Notes under the pieces: generated by a model
What the model was told of the DNA's origin: nothing
The model's input: the letters and a program-made list of their open reading frames with translations, nothing else
Databases searched by the model: none
Program-made: the position numbers and the translations under genes
Part shown: piece after piece, positions 25,915-37,496 of the stretch
How positions within the stretch are numbered: the first letter of the stretch is position 1
Layout: the number at the start of each line of letters is the position of its first letter
DNA from: Squalus acanthias
Lineage: Eukaryota
Assembly: GCA_030390025.1 (NCBI GenBank)
Contig: CM059425.1
Coordinates: forward strand, 169,014,001-169,078,000
Reading direction: 5' to 3'
Length of the DNA stretch: 64,000 bases

Positions 25915-26039
25915 TCAGTAGTGGACGTTACAGTACTGTGTCTATCACTGGGCCATCTTCACCAACAGAAAATTCACCTTCCATCAGCCTACATGACAAA
26001 GCAACAACTCCACTAAAAGCTAAAGATGACCATAGCTGA
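25915..26039 (+). CDS. PPIP5K2: PPIP5K2 probable terminal coding exon
   Basis: Pyrimidine tract and gcag acceptor. In phase 1 it reads FSSGRYSTVSITGPSSPTENSPSISLHDKATTPLKAKDDHS then TGA (26037-26039). Weak similarity to human TSGPSS. Confidence 0.7.
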
Positions 26040-28590
26040 TGAATGAAAAGCTGCCTTTGAAGTAAGCTGGTCCTAACCAACTTGTACTACATGGAAATGA
26101 ATGGAAATACAATATGATCCTTAAGAAAATGTATTCTTTGTGGACAAGTACCCCTTCTTTAAAAAATGTTACTACCCCTTATTCATTTATGTTTGTGCCA
26201 AGATAAATTATATGAAGAGTTAATTTAAAAAAAAAGAGCCTAGTAAGGTTGATGGTAGGAATTTCATATTTGTCATTTTTATGACTCTTAAATTTCAGCT
26301 CGCTTACGTGACTGAGGTTAGTGTAGTGCTACATTTTTATTTTACCCACAGGTGTCGTATTTCCAAAAAAGCTAAAACTGTGCAATAGAAAGTTTCCTGT
26401 GTGGTGAAATCTCATTCAGAAAAGCTGGGATCTAAATATGAAGTCTGGATTTGAATTACCTCTACATGTTCAACTTTATTAAGAAGGGTTCAGTGAGACT
26501 ATTATAATAGCAAAATACTGCGGATGCTGGAAATCTGAAATAACAACAGAAAATGATGGAAACACTCAGCAGGCCAGGCAGCATCCGTGGAGCCTGGCCT
26601 GCTGAGTGTTTCCAGCATTTTCTGTTGTTATTTCGGTGAGACTATGTTTAATGGAAAATGTGACATTTTGTGTTTTGTAGACTAAATTGCACATTTTTAC
26701 TAAAACCCATTGTGTTAAAAAGTGAGTTGTTAAAATCTGTTTGTCATCCATTATTTGCTCCCTTAATAAGTGAAATTTGCTCATTTAGTTTTATTCTCTA
26801 ACATTTCCACTTGACGGTAAAATGTAGAGAAATTCATTTAAATGGTCATGAAAATCCAATTGTCATTTTTGGTTTCATCTATTTATATTCCAGTTTGTTT
26901 TTTTCCATTTGGAAGACCTAATTATTACAGATATACTGCAGGTTAAGGTGATTGATCTTGTGTGACATGATACCTTGTGCAGTTTTTCAAATTTGGCTTT
27001 TCTGAATAAGTGCATAGGTCTCTGAGTTAAGATTGAAAAAGTGAGTGAGCTATTTGTATTTCATGCTGTACAATAAAAATCTAGGGCTGTTTACATCATT
27101 CTGAGGATACATTAAGTATGATTGACAGACACCGCTTCCTTTTTCTCCCTTTTTTAAAAAGATTCTTTGCACCATGTTTTTGATTACATTCGTCACGACC
27201 AAAGTTTTAGATACTTGTTTGTCCAGATTCCAATTCACAATATCACTCTGATTTCAACCTGTAATTGACGATTAAGGTTTTTGTTTTTGGACATAGGTTC
27301 ACATTGAAGAAGTGTGTGCAATTTTGATAAAATTGTTTCTGTTCTTTTTGTGTGCATGTATGTGTATATGTATATAGAGAGAAAAGTTACCCACTCTGTT
27401 TAACAGAACTATTTTGAACTATGGTACTTGATAGACACTTTTAAAGTTGTAAAGGACATTTAAACTGGCACAAAATTATTTTTATTCTGAAGATTGCAAG
27501 TTATCTAAAAATGTAGTCTTGTGTTTTTGTCTCTTGTTTAAAACATTGCTAATATGCAAATATAAAGCTTCGCTGTTTTAAGAAAGGTTATTGGAATTTG
27601 TTACATTATGCCACAGATTTAGCTACAAATAAACTGTATTAAAGACCTATGTCATAGTTTGCAAAATGTAAATCTAGTCTATATATGTTTTTATATGAAA
27701 TGGATTACAGATATGTTTTGTAAAGGGGATTATGTATGTGTATATATAGCTCAATACTTTGTTTTTTATTGTTTACATACTGTGTTGTGGAACACAAAAC
27801 TTTCATCTCTACATTCACTTTGTGTCCTGTTGTGAATTATTCTCGAGTTAACATGTTATGCAATAGCATGTCTTGTGGAGACTCTGTTGCTTAATAAGGC
27901 TAACTGCAGTCAGTGGAGCGTTGAGCAATGTCATGTTGATTTATAACCATTTAAAATATATAATGAGAATATTTGAGCTGTTACCAAGTACATATTTATC
28001 CAACTTTGAGTTTTAACTGCAGTTTCAAACAATAATAATTTTGACATGTTTTGAACCACATATCATTTGTTCTTGTAAATTGGTCATTGCATTATATATG
28101 TACCAAGTTTGCCAAATAAACCAGTATATACTGAACTGCATCTTTAAAGTACAACCGTGTTTATACAGAACATTATTTTACTGTTAAAGGGCATTTGTAT
28201 GATTTCCTCTGGAGGTTACCTTTTTACTTCTATGAGCTGAAGGAATTTCTGTTACAGTTGTAATGGACTATGTCAGTTTTTGTCAAACACCTAAAGCTTC
28301 AATATTTAATGAATTGCCACCACCATGAATTAATGTTTTTGTACAGATGGTTGTCTTTTTTTATTCGACTATGATGAGATGTATAGTATGATGGTAATGA
28401 TCTGTATGCAAATTGTTACCCAGTCCCATATTTGCTCATCAAATAGTGAGCAATATTTTGCATCTACCCTGTTACTTGCATCTTATTAATCCTATTTGAG
28501 ATCTATTGCATATATGAGGATTGCACTGTATATGTAACAATTGTATTCCATAGAGGATGTGGAATAAAACCACCCTACCAACTCCAGAAT
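26040..28590 (+). other. PPIP5K2: Putative PPIP5K2 3' UTR with candidate polyadenylation signals
   Basis: Long, T-rich and almost free of transposons after the stop codon. AATAAA at 27628, 28115 and 28563. True 3' end unknown. Confidence 0.55.
26503..26635. mobile_element. Short asymmetric hairpin element, 10-bp TSD, opposite orientation to the 18758 copy
   Basis: 43-bp stem with one mismatch at 26537-26579 / 26592-26634, flanked by GTGAGACTAT at 26493 and 26636. Confidence 0.8.
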
Positions 28591-28674
28591 TATCCATTAT
28601 GAAAAGAAATTAACAGGAGTGATTAAGACAAAAATCCAGGAGTGATTAAGACAAAAATCTCAACTAGGATCTGT

Positions 28675-28775
28675 TTTTTTTTTAATTCATTCTGGGATGT
28701 GGGCATTGCTGGCAAGGCCAGCATTAATTGCCCTTGAGAAGGTGGTGGTAAGCCATCTTCTTGAACCGCTGCAGT
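28675..28775 (-). mobile_element. Family B LINE 3' tail fragment
   Basis: TGGGATGTGGGCATTGCTGGCAAGGCCAGCAT...CCCTTGAGAAGGTGGTGG is the reverse complement of the family B tail. Confidence 0.8.
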
Positions 28776-29194
28776 TCGTGACGTATCTATCATCCCAGAA
28801 TGGTGCAAAAATATTATCTATATGGCTGCAAGAGATTCCTGGTTGGTACAGAACCTATAGCTTTTTTTAAAGTACCCATAATTTGAGAAATCTTCAAATA
28901 TTATATGCATATATTGCATGCATAAAGTACAAAATGAATGTATTCTGAAAAGGATAAAAAGAGGTGTATAAAAGAAGAGTCCTGTAGATAGAGTTTGAAA
29001 TTCAACTAAAAATAGGAGAGACGTAACAGTAGTGTTAACAATACTAAAGATAATCATGAGGAATATGAAAGTGTAGAGGTGAAAAGCAAGACTAAAAGGG
29101 CTAAATGAGAAATTTTTTAAAAATCAGCAGATAATATACACAATATAAAACGTAATGGGACAGTTAGAGAGGGTAGGATCATTCAGGGAGGAAA

Positions 29195-30380
29195 AGAAAG
29201 AACTTGCATTTATATAGCGTCTTTCAGGACCTCCGGACATCTCAAAGTACTTTACAGCCACTGAAGTACTCTTGAAGTGTAGTCACTGTTGTAATATAGT
29301 CTAACCACCACCCCTTGACATTCAACAGCATTACCATGGCCGAATCCCCCACCATCAACATCCTGGGGTTCACCATTGACGAGAAACTTAACTGGACCAG
29401 CCACATAAATACTGTGGCAACAAGAGCAGGTCAGAGGCTAGGTATTCTGCGGCAAGTGTCTCACCTCCTGACTCCCAAAGCCTTTCTACCATCTACAAGG
29501 CACAAGTCAGGAGTGTGATGGAATACTCTCCACTTGCCTGGATGAGTGCAGCTCCAACAACACTCAAGAAGCTCGACACCATCCAGGACAAAGCTGCCCG
29601 CTTGATTGGCACCCCATCCACCACCTTAAACATTCACTCCCTCCACCACCAGCATACCGTGGCTGCAGTGTTGTACCATCTACAAGATGCACTGCAGCAA
29701 CTCGCCAAGGCTTCTTCGGCAGCACCTCCCAAACCCGCGACCTCTTCCACCTAGAAGGACAAGGGCAGCAGGCGCATGGGAACACCACCACCTCCAAGTT
29801 CCCCTCCAAGTCGCACACCATCCTGACTTAGAAGAGTATATTGCCGATCCTTCATCGTCACTGGGTCAAAATCCTGGAACTCCCTCCCTAACAGCACTGT
29901 GGGAGTACCCTCACCACACGGACTGCAGCGGTTCAAGAAGGCGGCTCACCACCACCTTCTCGCGGGCACTTAGTGATGGGCAATAAATGCTGGCCTTGCC
30001 AGTGACACCTACATCCCACAAACGAATAAAAAAAAATAGCAGCCATATATGGACATAGCAAGGACCCACAAACAAAATTGAGATAAATGACCAGATAATT
30101 TGTTTTTGTGATGTTGATTGGGGGATAAATATTGGCCAGGACACTGGAGAGAACTCCCCTGCTCTTCTTTGAATACTGCCATAGAATCTTTTACGTCCAC
30201 CTGAGAGGGCAGTCCGGGCCTCAGTTTAACGTCTCATCTGAAAGACAGCAGCTCTAACAGTGCAGTACTGCAACAAAGTGCCAGCCGAGATTATATGCTC
30301 AAGTATCTGGATTGGGACTTGAATCCACAACCTTTTGACTCAGAGTTGAGAGTGCTACAACTGAGTCATAGCTGACACGC
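29195..30380 (-). mobile_element. SacSINE1-like SINE split by a family B LINE
   Basis: Tail at 29195-29299 and body plus tRNA head at 30037-30380 join to match the uninterrupted copy at 40815-41085. Confidence 0.8.
29299..30036 (+). mobile_element. Family B LINE, 5'-truncated
   Basis: ESPTINILG.TID.KLNWTSHI and MEYSPLAW; complete 3' tail with A-run. Confidence 0.9.
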
Positions 30381-30684
30381 GATGAAGCGGATGAGGGAAG
30401 ATGTCTTATTGTGGAGAATGAAGGTATGTTGGAGATATTAAATATTTTGTATTAGATTTTACATATGATGAAAGTGAGAATACAGGTGTATTAGAGGAGA
30501 ATATGGAACAATAGAGATTCAGTTCCCGACACTTATAGTGGACATGTTGGTGTTAACGCGATTTGCCCACTGGATGGTAAAAGCAAAAAGGTAAGTAACC
30601 AACATTTTTTAAAAACAGGTTATCTCACTTAGCAACTGCCTCTCCTAATTGTTAGTTATTGCATCCAGAATCTCATTACTAAGG

Positions 30685-30882
30685 TAATTGGAGGCAGCGG
30701 CGGCCGGGACATAAAGGAGAGAGCGGAGGAACAGCACGGACCTAATCGGAGGCAGTGGCGGTGGGACATAAAGCAGAGAGCGGAGGAACAGCACGGACCT
30801 AATCGGAGGCAGCGGCAGTGGGACATAAAGGAGAGAGCGGAGGAACAGCGCGGACCTAATCGGAGGCAGTGGCGGCCGGGAC
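30685..30882 (+). repeat. 57-58 bp GC-rich tandem repeat (~3.4 units) at the CR1 5' end
   Basis: Unit GGAGGCAGCGGCGGCCGGGACATAAAGGAGAGAGCGGAGGAACAGCACGGACCTAATC. Confidence 0.95.
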
Positions 30883-32429
30883 GTTCAACGATTTCCAAAA
30901 AAAAACAAGGTGTGACATCAGAGGACAGCAAGTAGGTGATTGGTTGGTGAGTATTACGGTTTTCTTTCTCTATAACTTAAGACAGTGGTTTAAATTCGGA
31001 GCGGGAAACTATAACATACTGTATTAAATTTATAGCTTAACTAGTTAAACTAATTAATATAACTAAATAATCGTTGAATAAAGACTTTAATTAAATAAAT
31101 AAAATATGGCTAGACTAAGATATGGCAGGGCAGGTTGTGTGTCTGGACTGCAGTATGTGGGAGTTTGTGGACAGCGAGACTGTCCCGAGCGCAAACGTCT
31201 GCAGAAGATGTCTCCAGCTCAGAGTCATTGAGCTGGAGTGCGAGTTGGAGGCACTCTGACACATAAGGGAGGAGGAGGAATTTCTGGACAGTTTTATCCA
31301 CAATACAGTCACATCCCAGAGGAAAGCACAGGTTCAGGAAAGGGAGGGTGTGACTGTTAGGGAGACAGGTAGCGGGGATTTAGGGGAGGTCCCGCAGACA
31401 CTGGTCCTGTCCAACAGGTACGATGTACTTGCTACCTGTGAGGACAAGAAGACTGCAGGGAGGACAGCCACAATGCAGACCAAGGCACCGTGGCTCAGAA
31501 GGCTGTCCAAGGGGGGGGGAGAGCAGAAGAGAAATGTGGTAGTGATAGAGGACTCTATAATTAGGGGATAGATAGCGTCCTCTGCAGCTAAGAACGAGAA
31601 TCCCGAAGGGTGTGTTGCCTACCCGGGGTAAGGGATATCTCACGGTGGCTGGAGAGGAACATGGAAAGGGAGGGGGTAAATACAGCTGTCGTGGTCCATG
31701 TTGGAACAAATGACATAGGTAGGAACAGGGAGGAAGTCCTGCTTAAAGAATATCAGGAGTTAGGATCTAAATTAGAAAGCAGGACCTTGAGGGTAATAAT
31801 CTCTGGATTATTGCCCGAGCCACGTGCAGACTGTCATAGAAGCAGACAGATCAGGAGAATTAACACATGGCTAAAGGGCTGCTGTGGGAAAGAGGAGTTC
31901 CTTTTCATGGAACACTGGCACCAGTTCTGGGACAGGAAGGAGCTGTACCGATGGGATGGTCTCCACCGGAACCGGGATGGGACCTGTGTCCTAGCGGAAA
32001 GGGTAAATAGGGAGGTGGCAAAGGCTTTAAACTAGTGAGATGGGGGGAGGGATCTACAAGAAACATAACCAGCCTAAATATAAACAAAACAGGAAAAAAG
32101 AGCATAGGAAAGAATAAAGTAAGGGAGGATATTGATGGCAAGGGAATAAATAGTTATAGAACAGGAGATGGTTAAACATAAAGTGTAGGAAATCTTATTA
32201 AAAATGAGTTAAACTGTCTGTACAACAATGCACATAGTGTCCATAATAAAACAGAGGCGCTGGAGGCAATCATGCGTTGCGAGGAGCCAGACATAGTAGG
32301 GATTGCTGAGACATGGCTACAGAAAAATGAGGACTGGGAATTAAACATTGCAGGGTATAACATATTTAGAAAAGCTAGGGAGGGAAAAAGGGGAGGTGGG
32401 TTAGCTGTACTTATTAGGGATAACATAAT

Positions 32430-33171
32430 GGCCCAAAAATTAGTGAGTGAGCCTTCGTGCGAGGGTAAGGCCTCCCCACGATCTCTCACTGCGCGCTGGC
32501 TTTTTCAGTCCGAGCTCGCACGAACTTGATGTTCTGGACAGCAGCTGTGCAGGGCTTTCGTATCCCACAAGCGTAGTTAATTCGTGCGAGCTGTGGGATC
32601 ACGTGACTCAGTTAGAGCCAATGGCAGCACACCATCTTTCATTCATAGCTTTCACAGCACGGCTGTGAAAGCTATGAATACTATACCCCCCCAAAAGAAC
32701 AGCTAAACCTCAATTAAATTTTTTTTTTAAACCATCACATTAATAAAATAAGTATAGTTAAATAAATTAACCATTTTAAACAAAAAATTTAATTTTTGAA
32801 AAAATTTAAAATCTTTTAAAAAGTTATAAAAATAAACTTACCTGTCTTTAAAGTCTCTAAAAAAGATATACCTGTTAAAAAAAATTCAAAATAATACTTA
32901 ATTAAGTACTTACCTTGTTAAAAGAGGGTCTTACACCTCCTTTCTTTGTCTAAAATCTTCCATGCTTACCTGCGCGTCCAAAGCACTAAGTGCACTGCGT
33001 GCGCGCAGCCTGTAGCGCGCACGCGGTTCACCTAGGAACCGCCCCCTTTTGAATTCACCAAGTGCCGGTTTTCAGCGCATGCGCAGTGCATGCAGAAAAC
33101 CGGCAATTGGAGACAGAATACGCGAGAGTACACAGTGCGTACTCTCGCGTAGCGGCACTCATTTTTGGGCC
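32430..33171. mobile_element. Non-autonomous Harbinger-type element, 11-bp TIR, 3-bp AAT TSD
   Basis: GGCCCAAAAAT / ATTTTTGGGCC with AAT on both sides. Removing it restores the CR1 ORF2 frame (IRDNIMAMEKSD). Confidence 0.92.
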
Positions 33172-34894
33172 AATGGCAATGGAAAAAAGTGATGCAGATA
33201 TCAGCAAGACAAAAATAGAATCTATATGGATAGAGATAAAAGGTAATAAAGGATCAATCACACTAATAGGCGTAGTCTACAGACCACCTAATAGTGGAAG
33301 GGAGGTGGAGGAAAAAATATGCAGACAAATTAGGGAAATGAGTAAAAAAACATAGAATAATAATCGTGGGGGATTTCAATTACCCCGATATTAATTGGAC
33401 AGTAGAGGTAGGTAAAGGGGATAAGGGAATGGAGTTCCTACAATGTATCCAGGACTCCTTTCTAACCCAATGTGTAAAAAGTCCAACAACGGATGATTCA
33501 CTATTGGATCTAGTAATGGGCAGAGCACATAAGAGAAGTAAAAGTAGCAATAGTGACCAGAATATAATGCGCTTTAAGATGATAATTGAGAAGGACATAA
33601 GTATGACAAAAACCAGGTTAACAGGTTGGAGAAAAGCTGATTTTGAGGGGCTGAGAATAGAACTTGGAGAAAAAATGGGAAACAATATTGGCAAACAATG
33701 ATATAGAATAGCAATGGGAAACATTTAAAACGGTGTTCAACAGAGTGCAGGAAAAATATATTCCGCTAAAAGGAAAGAACAAACTAAACAATAATGAGAC
33801 TCCATGGATGAATAAAGCCATGAGGAAAGAGGCATACATTAAGGACATAGACAGCAGGGGAGTGCATGATCAGGTAGAATACGAAAAGATTAGGAGAAGT
33901 CAAAAAAAACAATTAGGGAGCCAAAGAGGAACTATGAAATTGAGTTATCAAGGAACATAAAACAAAATAGTAAAATATTTTATAGGCACATTAATTTTTT
34001 TTAAAAAAGGAAGTTTGGGATGGGAATAGGGCCATTAAGTGATAGACAGGCTATTACCACAGGTAACGATAGAGAGATGGCAGAAATATTAAATAATTAT
34101 TTTGCTTCAGTATTTACCAGGGAAATAGAACAGGTGGACATGACATTGGATGACGAGATTAGTAATGAGAAGTGCATTTAAAATTTAAATAAACTAATCA
34201 AACTCCGAGGATAAAACCCCTGGTCCGGATGGATTACATCCACGCATTTTAAAAGAATCTAGTGAAGAGATAGCAGAGGCATTACTACACATATTTAATA
34301 ATTCGTTAGAAAAAGGTGTAGTGCCAGAGGACTGGCAGATAGCTAATGTAATACCGATATTTAAGGGGGATAGAATATGTCCAGGGAATTATAGATCAGT
34401 CAGTTTAACATTGGTGGTAGGAAATATAATGGAATCCCTACTAAAGGAGAAAATAGAAAAACATCTAGAAACCAGAAATAATATAATGAATAGTCAGCAT
34501 AGATTTCAAAAGGGAAAGTCTTGCTTGACCAATCTTATTGAAGTTTTTGACGAGGTAACAGAGAGAGTAGACAATGGTAATGCAGTAGATGTAATTTATC
34601 TGGATTTTCAAAAGGCCTTCGATAAGGTACCCCATAATAGACTGATGAACAAGGTCAGAGAATGTGGAGTCAGGGACAAGTAGCAGAATTGATTGCTGTC
34701 TGGTTTCAGAACCGAAAGCAGAGAGTAGGGGTAAAGGGTAGCTATTCACAGTGGCAGAAGGTGGGTAGTGGTGTTCCACAAGGATCTGTGCTGGGACCAC
34801 TGCTGTTCACAATTTACATTAACAATTTAGACTTTGGAATCAAAAACACAATTTCTAAATTTGTGGATGACACCAAATTGGGGGGATAGTCAAT

Positions 34895-35925
34895 ACATAA
34901 AAACATAAGAAATAGGACTAAATGGTTCTAGACTCCCCAGCCAGGGGAAACATCCTCCCTGCATCTACCCTGTCGAGCCCTGTAAGAATTTTGTATGTTT
35001 CAATGAAACAACCTCTCATTCTTTTAAACTCTGGAGAATATAGGCCGAGTCTACTCAATAGGCCATTTGGCCCCTCGAGCCTGCTCTGCCATTCAATAAG
35101 ATCATGGCTGATCTTTTACCTCAGCTTCACTTTCCTGCACTATCCCCGTATCCCTTGATTCCCTTAATATTCAAAAATCTATCGATCTCTGTCTTGAATA
35201 TACTCAACAACTGAGCCTCCACAGCCCTCTGGGGTAGAGAATTCCAAAGATTCACCACCCTCCTGAGTGAAGAACTTTCTCCTCATCAGTCCTAAATGGC
35301 TGACCCCTTATTCTGAGACTGTGACCCCTGGTTCTAGACTCCCCAGCCAGGGCAAACATCCTCCCTGCATCTACCCTGTCGAGCCCTGTAAGAATTTTGT
35401 ATGTTTCAATGAGACAACCTCTCATTCTTCTAAACTCTAGAGAATATCGGCCGAGTCTACTCAATCTCTCCTCATAGGACAATCCTCCCATCCCAGGAAT
35501 CAGTCTGGTGAACCTTCGTTGCACTCCCTCTATGGCAAGTATATCCTTCCTTAGGTAAGGAGACCAAAACTATACACAATACTCCAGGTGTGGTCTCACC
35601 AGGGCCCTATATAATTGCAGTAAGACATCTTTACTCTTCTACTCAAATCCTCTTGTAAAAAAGGCCAACATACCATTTGCTTTCCTAATTGCTTGCTGTA
35701 CCTGCATGTTAACTTTCAGTGATTCGTGTACAAGGACACCCAGGTCCCTCTGAACACCAACATTTCCCAACCTCTCACCGTTTAAAAAATACTCTGCTTT
35801 TCTATTTTCCCTACCAAAGTGGATAACTTCACATTTCTCCACATTATATTCCATTTGCCATTTTGCTTGCCCACTCACTTAGCCTGTCTATATCCCCTTG
35901 AAGCCTCCTTGCATCCTCCTCACAA
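34895..35925 (-). mobile_element. CR1 3' fragment inserted antisense in the full-length CR1
   Basis: WQMEYNVEKCEVIHFGR and QRRFTRLIPG; host sequence resumes at ...ACTGAGGAGGACTGC. Confidence 0.9.
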
Positions 35926-37496
35926 CTGAGGAGGACTGCAACAAATTACAGGAGGACATTAATAAACTTGCAGAATGGGCATATAATTGGCAAATGAAAT
36001 TCAACACAGATAAATGTGAGGTATTACATTTTGGTAGGAAGAATATAAGGTTACTTAACACTTGGAGGGTGCGAGTCTAAGTGGGATAGAGGAACAAAAG
36101 GATCTCGGAGTACAAATAAATAAATCACTAAAAGTAGCGACACAAGTTAGCAAGGCCATAAAAAAGCAAACCAAGCACTAGGGTTTATTTCTAGAAGGAT
36201 AGAATTGAAAAGTAGGGAAGTTATGCTAAACCTGTATCGAACCTTCGTTAGACCACACTTGGAGTACTGCGTACAGTTCTGGTCGCCATATTATAAAAAG
36301 GATATAGAAGCACTGGAGAGGATGATACCAGAAATGCGAGGGTATATATATCGAGAAAGGATGAACAGGCTGGGTCTCTTTTCTCTTGAAAAAAGGCTGA
36401 GGGGTGACCTAATAGAGATCTATAAAATTATGAAAGGTTTTGATAGAGTGGATATAGAGAGAATGTTTCCACTTGTGGGGAAGAGCATAACTAGAGGCCA
36501 TCAATATAAGATAGTCACAAGAAATCCAATAGGGAATTCAGACAAAACTTCTTTACCCAAAGAGTGGTGAGAATGTGGAACTTGCTACCACAGGGAGTGG
36601 TTGAAGCGAATAGTATAGATGCATTTAAGGGGAGGCTAGACAAGCAAATGAGGGAAAAGGAAACAGAGGGTTATGCTGATAGATTTAGATGAGGAAAGAC
36701 GGGAGGAAGCTCGTGTGAAGCATAAACCCCGGCATGGACTAGTTGGGTCGAATGGCCTGTTTCTGTGCCGTATATCCTATGTAATCCTATGTAATCACAC
36801 TTTAATGAGGTGCAAACAGCTGACAAACTGCTCAAAGACTCGACTGCCTGAAATCAGCACAGCCTTTTAAATCAGTAAATACAGGGTAAGTATTTATCAG
36901 TGATTATTTGCAAGGTCTTCTGCGCATGCGCCCCTGTTTGGGGCACCTGAAGACCTTTGGGACTGTGCATACGCACTTGACTGGCGAGGAAACCAGAAGT
37001 GGAGCCTGCCAAATCACATTGTGGAGCCTGGAGCCTTGCTGCCTGCCGGAGCCTGGAGCATTTTCTTTTTTAGCTTGACAATACTGATATAACCGACAAC
37101 AAAAAAAATGGCAAAACTGGAGAGCAGCAGAACAGTTTGTGAAGTTTAAATAAAAGGATAAGGATTATTTGATTAAAAAATAAGGAGTGAGTTCTTCAAC
37201 TGATCGATGAACCTCTAGATTATCATATTACTCATTACACATTTTCCTACAATTTGACCATTTGGTAGTTATAATTACATTCCATTATATCTAAGATGCA
37301 ACAATGATGATATGTACCAACTGCACTAAAAATGGTTAGATTTCACTACTGTTACGAATAGGTGTATTATTGTACTTATTCCAAATTAAATTTTTAGGTA
37401 CAGTGTTACTGATAAATCTTAGTCATTAAACTGAATATTAAGCATGGTACTTACAATAAAAATGTGCTCACTGGTACTATTTTAGTCCACCACAAT

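Larger units (their letters stand above)
30685..36796 (+). mobile_element. Near full-length CR1 LINE (5' UTR, ORF1, ORF2), inactivated
   Basis: ORF1 from ~31121 has CxxC...CxxC plus a coiled coil and SGNH esterase motifs (DSIIRG, HVGTND, DGLH). ORF2 has endonuclease (AETWL, YRPP, GDFN) and RT (YLDFQKAFDKV, GVPQGSVLGP, KFVDD) motifs. Tail (ATCCTATGTA)2. Many frameshifts. Confidence 0.93.

Noticed and set aside
28615..28660. Direct repeat CAGGAGTGATTAAGACAAAAATC x2
   Set aside because: Simple tandem duplication.
30685..30882. CRISPR-like regular repeat
   Set aside because: No unique spacers, eukaryotic context, and it is a tandem repeat at a LINE 5' end.
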